From contig JBBCJA010000013.1 of NCBI GenBank assembly GCA_037189585.1, positions 259,067 through 323,066 on the forward strand: 64,000 bases of DNA, in the 5' to 3' direction. A program made the position numbers and the translations under genes. Shown in pieces: positions 57,368 through 64,000 of this stretch. The notes beneath the pieces were generated by a model. The model was not told the origin of the DNA. It made no database searches and saw nothing but the letters and a program-made list of their open reading frames with translations. Positions within the stretch are counted from its first letter, which is position 1. The number at the start of each line of letters is the position of its first letter. Origin of the DNA: Selenomonadaceae bacterium (lineage in GTDB: Bacteria; Vulcanimicrobiota; Xenobia; Xenobiales; JADMJV01).

Positions 57368-58409
57368 GACTGGCCATGTCGATCACGAAACGATATTTAA
57401 TATCGCTTTTCAGCAGTCGTTCATAGGCTTCGTTGACCTTGTCGACCGGGATCAGCTCCACCTCGGAGACGATTCCGTGCTGGGCGCAAAAGTCGAGCAT
57501 CTCCTGTGTCTCGGCGATCCCTCCAATGAGTGAGCCGGCCAGGTTCTTGGAGCCGAAGATGACCGAGAAGGAGGCGACCTGCAGCGGCTCCTCAGGGGCG
57601 CCGACCAGCACCATCGTGCCATGACGCTTGATCAACGAGAGATAGGCGTTGACGTCGTGAGTCGCCGAGACCGTATCGACGATCAGATCGAAGCTTCCGG
57701 CGGCCGCCGCCATCTGATCTGGATTGTTGGATAGAACCACGCTGGAAGCGCCCAGCTTCTTGGCGTCCTCCACTTTGTTCGCGGAGGTGGTGAAGAGAAC
57801 AACTTCGGCTCCCAGGGCGGCGGCGATCTTCACCGCCATATGGCCCAACCCACCCAGGCCCACCACGCCGACCTTTTTACCCGGACCGGCACCCCAGCGT
57901 TTGAGGGGAGAGTAAGTGGTGATGCCGGCGCAAAGCAAAGGCGCCACGGCTTCGAGTTTGTCGGTGTGGCGGATGTGCAGGACAAACTCCTGGTCGACCG
58001 TCACTGACTGGGAATAACCACCGAAAGTGTGACCGCCCAGATGTTTGTCGGGACCGTTGTAAGTGAAGACCGCGCCGTTTTCACAAAACTGTTCCTCGTG
58101 ATCATGGCAGGCCGAGCACTGGCGGCAGGAATCGACCATACAGCCCACGCCGACGGTATCGCCCACTTTGAACTTGCTAACTTCAGCTCCCACCTCGCGA
58201 ACCGTGCCCAAGATCTCATGACCGGGAACGCAAGGATAGAGAGTGTTTTTCCATTCGTTACGAGCTTGATGCAGATCGGAGTGGCAAATACCACAGTAGA
58301 GAATGTCGATCTTGACATCGGTCGGACCGGTCTGGCGACGGTCGATGGTCATAGGGGCGAGCGGCGCGGCCGCGCTGGGATTTCCGTAAGCTGAAACTGA
58401 CATGATCAA
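57360..58409 (-). CDS. Zinc-dependent NAD(P) alcohol dehydrogenase (cinnamyl-ADH family)
   Basis: GICHSDLHQARNEW...CVPGHEILG zinc ligands. GxGxxG Rossmann motif VGVVGLGGLGHMAV. Confidence 0.9.
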   Translation of the reverse strand: MIMSVSAYGNPSAAAPLAPMTIDRRQTGPTDVKIDILYCGICHSDLHQARNEWKNTLYPCVPGHEILGTVREVGAEVSKFKVGDTVGVGCMVDSCRQCSACHDHEEQFCENGAVFTYNGPDKHLGGHTFGGYSQSVTVDQEFVLHIRHTDKLEAVAPLLCAGITTYSPLKRWGAGPGKKVGVVGLGGLGHMAVKIAAALGAEVVLFTTSANKVEDAKKLGASSVVLSNNPDQMAAAAGSFDLIVDTVSATHDVNAYLSLIKRHGTMVLVGAPEEPLQVASFSVIFGSKNLAGSLIGGIAETQEMLDFCAQHGIVSEVELIPVDKVNEAYERLLKSDIKYRFVIDMASLS

Positions 58410-58477
58410 GCCGTTCTCAGTCGAGGCGGCTAAGCCCTTTGGAGGTTGTTCAGGTCCCTTTCGGCGAACCTTGGACC

Positions 58478-59461
58478 ATGTCTGACATCGTCACCGAAGC
58501 ACCGCTCAACCGTCACGTCTCTTGGCAAGGTCTCGAGCACGACGTGACCCCTACCGGAGAGTTCTTCTGCCGTAACCATAACGACTTCCCCGAGCCTCCT
58601 GCCATCTTGGACTGGGCGGGCCACCCCCTGACCCCCGCGGAGCTGGCCGCCATGTCTCAGGTCGAATATCTGGTCACGCTAGAGTGCGCCGGTAACGGAA
58701 GAACCGAATTCAAGCCGGTGCCTAAAGGAACTCCTTGGGGAATTCGAGGTCTTTCCACGGGTCGTTTCCGCGGTGTCGCGGTGGAGACGCTGCTCAGAGA
58801 ATTTCCTCCTTCGTCCGAGGCCAAGCACGTCATCTTTCGCGGGGCCGATCGAGGCGAGGATGGTCTCTACGAGCGCAGCTTGACCTTCGATGAGATCGGT
58901 CGACATAGGGCCCTGGTCGCCTTAGAGATGAACGGAAAGGCTCTACCCTTGCAGCACGGGGCCCCCTTCCGTCTGATCGTTCCGCACTACTACGCGATGA
59001 CGTCCGTCAAGTGGCTGTGTCAGGCTGAATATTCCCCCACGGCGAGCGTCGGCTACTATCAGATCGAGGACTATCTGGTCGACTATCAAGATGGAACCCC
59101 GATTCGTCCGGCCACCTTGATGCGACCCAAGTCGATTCTGGTCTCACCTGCCGAGGGGGAGACCGTTCGGGGGATAGTGAGCATTCACGGTAAGGTCTGG
59201 TCGGGCGAATCGCACGTCAGCGGTGTTGAGCTCGAGCTTCGGGGAGCGGGAGCGGACCGGCTTCTGGTGGCACGGCTGGGAGACGACTTGGGACCTTTCG
59301 CCTGGCGGTCCTTTCATGCCGAAGTTCAACTCGCTCCAGGCTCATACTCGGTAACCTCTTTCTGCCTGACCGATCAGGAGCGCCAACCCAAAAAAGCGCG
59401 CTGGAACGCCCAGGGATACGAGAACAATTCCGCCCATCGAGTGGCCTTCCAGGTCGGTTAA
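58478..59461 (+). CDS. Sulfite-oxidase-family molybdopterin oxidoreductase (Moco-binding plus dimerisation domain)
   Basis: FFCRNHNDFP...LTLECAGNGR Moco-binding Cys context and a C-terminal Ig-like dimerisation domain. An alternative TTG start lies at 58439. Confidence 0.75.
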   Translation: MSDIVTEAPLNRHVSWQGLEHDVTPTGEFFCRNHNDFPEPPAILDWAGHPLTPAELAAMSQVEYLVTLECAGNGRTEFKPVPKGTPWGIRGLSTGRFRGVAVETLLREFPPSSEAKHVIFRGADRGEDGLYERSLTFDEIGRHRALVALEMNGKALPLQHGAPFRLIVPHYYAMTSVKWLCQAEYSPTASVGYYQIEDYLVDYQDGTPIRPATLMRPKSILVSPAEGETVRGIVSIHGKVWSGESHVSGVELELRGAGADRLLVARLGDDLGPFAWRSFHAEVQLAPGSYSVTSFCLTDQERQPKKARWNAQGYENNSAHRVAFQVG

Positions 59462-59591
59462 ATCAGGACCTGGTCTCAGGCCTGACGGCCTCCGACAAAG
59501 CCAGCGCGTCAACGGAAACCTGCTCGTTCTTGGCCTCGAAAAGAGCCAGCGGTTACTGCACTCAACGCACTTCAACCGCTGGCGGTAGACT

Positions 59592-60080
59592 CTAGGCTTG
59601 CCGATGTAGCTTCCGCTTCAGCCATAGCACCGCTTGCTGACGCTGCTCCGAGAGCCTCGTGTCGCCTTGAGCCCGACTACTGCAATCGTCATTGTCGCCT
59701 GACACTTTGCTCTCCTTGCTCTTTCTCTTTGCCCTAAAGCACTCGCTTCGCATCGCCCTGGGATGAGTGCGGCGATGTTCTTTCAGGAGCTCTAGCGGCC
59801 TAACCCGCGTGTAGCTCTCGGTGGTGGTCGAGCTCTCGTGTCCCAAGAGGGCTTGGATGTAAGCCACGTTCGCGCCGGACTCCAAGAGATGGGTCGCGAA
59901 GGAATGACGCTTATGCCGAGCTCGGCATAACCGACACACGCATGCCTCTCAGCTGGACCGAAGCCGCTACCGTCCCGGTCGGTTCACGTCCAGAAAATCC
60001 TTGGGCACAGGCAGCTCGGCTCCACTCAGGTTTACTGCACGGTCACGAAGGAAGAACTTGCTAGATCTGCCAGTGACCTG
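59592..60080 (-). pseudogene. Frameshifted tyrosine-recombinase (phage-type integrase) C-terminal remnant
   Basis: [36 protein letters not shown] covers catalytic box II, but upstream integrase-like segments ([10 protein letters not shown]...) lie in other frames with stops. Confidence 0.55.
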
Positions 60081-60637
60081 GAATAGGGCCATTTTTCGAA
60101 CCGTTCTGGATCGTTACCTAGTGACGTGGTGGCCATCACTGGCGTTAGTGCGTAACGCCCAGTTCCGGGATCGTCTGTGGCCATGTCTCGGCGACTCCTC
60201 GCAGATCCCCCGTAGATCTGGCGATCCTGCGGGGGCCTAACGGCCAGGATCCAAAGACCCTACTTGGGGGGACATGGTGCCGTTTATCGGTATCCGCTCG
60301 TCGCCGCTTCGCTTGGGCTAACGCCCAAGCTCATGGGCCGGGGCTCAAGGGACCGCGAGAGATCCGCGTTCACGATCTCGCATCCAACGCGGGGCCTAAG
60401 GCCGGACTCCAACGATCAGCGATGAGCGGCGACAATTGCGGGCGGGCTCATCGCCCCGGCCAACGCCAGCCATCGCGCTTTGTTCCAAAGCAGAGAAGGT
60501 TACACTCAAAGCTCTCGCTCGAGACCGGCAGCAACCGAGGGTCAGAGCAAACGACAGACTTTGGGGGGCCGGGTGACTCGCGCGGGAGAGGTTCTTGGGC
60601 TCAAGGGGATTGATGGGCAGCTTTCCCCAGCGAATCA

Positions 60638-60833
60638 CCCGGCGCGGAGCCTAAAGGCGGAACTTTGAGCAACGAACAGGCTCAGAGCTTTGGCCGGGCC
60701 CGCGCCGGAAGACGGTGCCCCGCCTTTGCCAGTCCCCTGTCGGGGACTGAAAGCCGGGGCGTAAGGCTCTTCTTCTGTTCTTGGTTCGCAGAAAAGAAAA
60801 AAGCCCCGACCGACCTGGGGAGATCGATCAGGG
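60638..60833. repeat. Copy 1 of an approximately 195-bp structured direct repeat
   Basis: About 90% identical to 61432..61626. It contains the hairpin ccagtcccc-tgtc-ggggactg and a GC-stem/A-rich 3' end. Confidence 0.6.
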
Positions 60834-60923
60834 GAGTGACATGGTCTCGGCAGTTGAATACTCAGATAGACGAATAGCGCCGAGTCACTTCCTTCACTTG
60901 TCTTGAACACGTAATATACGAAT

Positions 60924-61283
60924 ATGCAGGTCCCAAGAGAACAAAGAAAATGGATATTCACGGGACTTTTATTGGTTGTAGTTTGCTTTTGTAGTGTAGT
61001 CGCGTCTGGCAAGACTTGCTGGATTCCGGAGATTGGGGATTCTGAAAATGAAGTTCGCAAACACCTCAGAAATCCGATTCTTATAAGAACTGGTCAAAGC
61101 TTACGAATGCCAGATACAGTTTGGATGTCACTAGATGATTCCGCAAGAGCAATAAGGTTCGATGAACTACCAGCGAGCAGAGGTCATCGACTTCTATACA
61201 CGTGTGGGTTCTTGAGTTCCGAGTTTGTACTAGTGTACATCGAAAACGATAAAGTCTCTCAGGTTTTCAGGGGGGGTACTTGA
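60924..61283 (+). CDS. Low-GC small ORF (119 aa) with signal peptide, a likely horizontally acquired cargo gene
   Basis: Segment 60840-61430 is about 42% GC versus about 60% for the window. The ORF begins MQVPREQRKWIFTGLLLVVVCFCSVVASG. No similarity recognised. Confidence 0.3.
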   Translation: MQVPREQRKWIFTGLLLVVVCFCSVVASGKTCWIPEIGDSENEVRKHLRNPILIRTGQSLRMPDTVWMSLDDSARAIRFDELPASRGHRLLYTCGFLSSEFVLVYIENDKVSQVFRGGT

Positions 61284-61431
61284 GTTGGAGTCACCTTCCA
61301 TGCCTCCGGGGAGGAACATCAAGGTTATGAAAACTTGGGTTGATAGTGGAGTCCAATCGTGTCTTATCACATGGGGCCGGTGGGTTATCAATAGCATCAA
61401 TGCAGGCGCTTGAACAGCTTTTCGTCGGCTG

Positions 61432-61626
61432 AGTCCGGGCGAAGCCTCAAGGCGGGACTTTGAGCAACGAACAGGCCCAGAGCTTTGGCCGGGCCCACGT
61501 CGGAAGACGGTGCCCGCCTTTGCCAGTCCCCTGTCGGGGACTGAAAACCGGGGCGTAAGGCTCTTCTTCTGTTCTTGGTTCGCAGAAAAGAAAAAGCCCT
61601 GGTCGACCCGGGGGAAGCGATCAGGG
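61432..61626. repeat. Copy 2 of the approximately 195-bp structured direct repeat
   Basis: See copy 1. It ends 8 bp before the IS66-type terminal sequence GTAAGCGG. Confidence 0.6.
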
Positions 61627-61673
61627 CTTGCAGTAAGCGGTTCCTGAGTGGTGTTCTTTCGGGGCGTTAGACG

Positions 61674-62024
61674 ATGCCTTATTCTGGATCGATGTCACAA
61701 AGAGTACCGAGAGAGGACCGCCTGGCAATGGCCCGACGGTTCGAACAAACCAGCATCAGTAAGGACAACTTCTGCAAGGCCGAGAACATTTCGATGTCGA
61801 CCCTCGACTACTGGCGACAGCAACTTCGCCTCGATGATACCTTCGGTAACGGCTACGCCTTTCAGGGGGCTGTGGAGGGCCAATTCGTGGAGCTCATCGC
61901 TGATAAGCCCGGTCGTGTCACGACACGGCCGCCAGCACCAGGCCAGAGACCCGATTTGGAGGTCCAGCTTCCCCTTGGTGTCAAGCTTCGCTTCTTCGGA
62001 GTCGGGAGCGACGGTCACAGGTGA
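61674..62024 (+). CDS. IS66 TnpA-like (Orf1) protein
   Basis: Small HTH protein overlapping the next ORF by 4 nt, in the typical IS66 arrangement. Confidence 0.6.
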   Translation: MPYSGSMSQRVPREDRLAMARRFEQTSISKDNFCKAENISMSTLDYWRQQLRLDDTFGNGYAFQGAVEGQFVELIADKPGRVTTRPPAPGQRPDLEVQLPLGVKLRFFGVGSDGHR

Positions 62025-62446
62025 GTCAAGAACTCCTAGCCCCGGCGCGAGTCTTCGTGTTTGGGCAGCCAGTCGACATGCGCAAGAGCTTCGATGGATT
62101 GTACTGCATAGTCCGATACAAGCTCGAGGAAGAGCCCACTAGCGGTGACTTATTCCTGTTTCTGAACCGCCGACGAAATTACGTCAAGGGTTTGCTATGG
62201 GACCGCACAGGCTTCGTGATTATCGCAAAGCGTCTCGAGAACGGTCAGTTCAAGCTGCGAAACAAGGCCTCCAAAATCGTCATCTCGCGAGAATGTCTGA
62301 GAAAATTTCTAGACGGGATTTCTGTGGGAGGAGTTGAGATCGTGGGATCAAACCCTTTAAGCAGTGGACATGCAGACGCAGCTACAGAGGATGTCGAAGG
62401 CCGAACTGGTCTCCTTCGTCCTCCAGCAGCAAGCGGCCCAAGCTGA
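62021..62446 (+). CDS. IS66 Orf2 (TnpB-like) protein
   Basis: VFVFGQPVDMRKSFDGLYCIV...NRRRNYVKGLLWDRTGFVIIAKRLENGQFK is the IS66 Orf2 signature. Confidence 0.7.
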   Translation: MSQELLAPARVFVFGQPVDMRKSFDGLYCIVRYKLEEEPTSGDLFLFLNRRRNYVKGLLWDRTGFVIIAKRLENGQFKLRNKASKIVISRECLRKFLDGISVGGVEIVGSNPLSSGHADAATEDVEGRTGLLRPPAASGPS

Positions 62447-63725
62447 GGTTGAGCGGAAACAGTCCGACACCATCGCAAGTCTTGAGCGCCACATCAAGTG
62501 GCTATCCAACATCGCCCTGGGTTCAAGATCCGAGCGGCGAGTTCTTGACCATCTCGATGCCGAAGGCCAGCTTCTCCTTAGTGGGATGATGCTCGAGCTG
62601 CCGAAGGAGGTTCCCCCGGCTGACACTACCGTTGTTGACCTAGACAAGAAGGGCCGCAAGAAGAAGACCAAGGTCGACGACAAGACGACAGGTGGCATTC
62701 GTTTCAAAGACAACGTGCCCGTCATCGAGGTCAAGGTTGAGAATCCGCTGCTCGCCGGCGCTGACCCCGCAAAGCTCACCGTTATCGAGACCCGCCACAG
62801 CGACCGAATCGTGGCTCTACCGCCCTTCGCTGTCTTGAGAATGGTCCTTGAGACAACCAAGAACAAAGTTACGGGCGAGATCAGCCGGCCCAAGGTTCCC
62901 TCCGGCATCTGGGATCAGTGCTGCGCTGACGTGAGCTTCCTGGCCAAGCTCGTGGTGGACAAGTATCAGTTTCACCAGCCGCTCTACCGTCAGCATCAAG
63001 AGCTTCAGCAGAAAGGTGTTGAGATCCACCGCGGGACAATTTCGCGTTACATCCATCGTGCTGCTGAGCTGCTTGACCCAATCTACGGAAGTCTCTTGAG
63101 CTCGATTCTGAAGTCCAAGGTCATCTCGATGGACGAGACGCCGGTCAAGGCTGGGCATCAGGACGGGAAGACCGACAAGACGAAGAAGGCTTTCTACTGG
63201 CCCATCTACGGTGACCAAGATGAGATCTATTTCCTGTTCTCGCCGACGAGGTCGGGCAAGGTCGTCAAGGATGTGCTGGGCGCCTTTCAGGGCACGCTGC
63301 TTTCCGACGGCTACGATGCCTACGAGACCTTCGCCAACAAGGTGGAAGGGGTTACCTGGGCAGCCTGCTGGGCTCACGTGCGCCGCAAATTCATCGAAGC
63401 CGAGAATCACGAGCCCGACAAGGTGAAGAAGCTGCTTGTCTGGATGCAGACGCTATACAAGGTCGAGAAAAACGCCGGTGATGATCGCAAGCTTCGAGAA
63501 AGGCTTCGGTCGGAGGTCTCGACCGAAGTCGTCGATGAGATATTCACTTATCTAAACCAAGTCTACGCCGAATCGCGTCTACCTCAGACCAGTCCGTTCA
63601 TCATCGCTATAAATTACGCTTTGGAACGCACAGACGGCCTGCGCGTCTTTCTGAGCGACCCCGCCGTTCCTATCGACAACAATCACGTTTATGCCGCGCG
63701 CGGCATAATCCGGGAGTCGGCATAA
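62364..63725 (+). CDS. IS66-family transposase TnpC (C-terminally truncated)
   Basis: Leucine-zipper N-terminus, zinc-finger and DDE region (HQPLYRQHQELQQKGVEIHRGTISRYI...AACWAHVRRKF). The C-terminus is lost after DNN. Confidence 0.75.
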   Translation: MDMQTQLQRMSKAELVSFVLQQQAAQAEVERKQSDTIASLERHIKWLSNIALGSRSERRVLDHLDAEGQLLLSGMMLELPKEVPPADTTVVDLDKKGRKKKTKVDDKTTGGIRFKDNVPVIEVKVENPLLAGADPAKLTVIETRHSDRIVALPPFAVLRMVLETTKNKVTGEISRPKVPSGIWDQCCADVSFLAKLVVDKYQFHQPLYRQHQELQQKGVEIHRGTISRYIHRAAELLDPIYGSLLSSILKSKVISMDETPVKAGHQDGKTDKTKKAFYWPIYGDQDEIYFLFSPTRSGKVVKDVLGAFQGTLLSDGYDAYETFANKVEGVTWAACWAHVRRKFIEAENHEPDKVKKLLVWMQTLYKVEKNAGDDRKLRERLRSEVSTEVVDEIFTYLNQVYAESRLPQTSPFIIAINYALERTDGLRVFLSDPAVPIDNNHVYAARGIIRESA

Positions 63726-63727
63726 CG

Positions 63728-64000
63728 TGGGCGAGGGTGGGCATTGGTACCACAGTCAAAAGTGCTCCCGTCCGCAACTCGGTCAAGGTGTTCGGCGCCA
63801 TTAACGTCACTCACGCAGCGCGCCCTCGCTGGCACTACCGCTTCGACAAAATCTTTAACACTCAGACGTACCTTCGGTTCTTGAAGCAACTCGTCCGTTA
63901 CTATCCCGGGCAAAAGGTTTTTCTGATCGCCGACAACGTTAGCTACCACCACGCGAAGGTCGTGCGAGAATGGGCTGCGGACAACTCCGATGCAATCGAG
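63728..64000 (+). mobile_element. Internal fragment of an IS630/Tc1-mariner-family transposase gene (no start; runs off the window)
   Basis: The in-frame translation reads ...VKVFGAINVTHAARPRWHYRFDKIFNTQTYLRFLKQLVRYYPGQKVFLIADNVSYHHAKVVREW..., the IS630 DDE core. It begins mid-domain directly after the truncated IS66. Confidence 0.55.

Larger units (their letters stand above)
61634..63725 (+). mobile_element. IS66-family insertion sequence, 3'-truncated (left IR GTAAGCGG...; tnpA, tnpB, tnpC)
   Basis: Three overlapping ORFs typical of IS66: 61674..62024 (TnpA, HTH), 62021..62446 (TnpB/Orf2) and 62364..63725 (TnpC DDE transposase). TnpC diverges from the family consensus immediately after ...PIDNNH and stops, and no right IR is seen. 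Confidence 0.75.

Noticed and set aside
60240-60660. Possible tmRNA or tRNA integration target next to the integrase remnant
   Set aside because: A short stretch translates as ANDRLWGAG*, superficially like a tmRNA tag. However, no GGGG...TTCGAC 5' end, no T-arm/CCA 3' end and no hydrophobic ...LAA tag end could be found, so this is treated as coincidence.

Overview
This is a high-GC (about 60%) bacterial chromosomal window with roughly 55 protein-coding genes. No rRNA, tRNA or CRISPR array was recognised.

Housekeeping and metabolic content: rapZ and a YvcK-family gene; a convergent recX-recA pair; an M16 peptidase; a class-III aminotransferase; trpD; an S41 C-terminal-processing protease; metH (cobalamin-dependent methionine synthase); a TrmH-family RNA methyltransferase; an acyl-CoA carboxylase carboxyltransferase (PccB-like); a periplasmic Fe/Mn superoxide dismutase; a PPi/ATP phosphofructokinase; a GT4 glycosyltransferase; a long-chain acyl-CoA ligase; arginine decarboxylase speA; a Zn-alcohol dehydrogenase; and a sulfite-oxidase-family Mo enzyme.

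The window also carries a complete caa3-type cytochrome c oxidase operon (23.6-31.0 kb): a CtaA-CtaB fusion, coxB with a fused cytochrome c domain, ctaD, ctaE, a CoxIV-like gene, a membrane cytochrome c, and a caa3 CtaG. A perfect CRP-consensus palindrome sits immediately upstream of it.

The most unusual stretch is 39.3-53.5 kb. It co-localises:
- a tandem-FHA class-III adenylate cyclase;
- a GspE/PilB-family ATPase homologue with an N-terminal cyclic-nucleotide-binding domain, a mutated Walker A lysine and a mutated His box (likely a cAMP-regulated pseudo-ATPase);
- a GspF/PilC-like platform protein with an approximately 320-aa proline-rich N-terminal extension;
- two receptor Ser/Thr kinases with PEGA-like ectodomains;
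- a TerB-domain protein;
- an FHA-SARP (reverse-EmbR) regulator.
No pilin, secretin or prepilin peptidase is present. This looks like an undescribed cAMP- and phospho-threonine-controlled GspE/GspF-derived membrane module.

Other oddities:
- an ATLF/M34-like zincin next to a secreted protein of unknown function;
- a degenerate adenylate-kinase paralogue;
- an acidic zinc-ribbon protein;
- a 530-aa papain-like cysteine peptidase candidate;
- a mobile-element scar at the 3' end: an integrase pseudogene, approximately 195-bp structured direct repeats flanking a low-GC ORF, and a truncated IS66 element abutting an IS630 transposase fragment.
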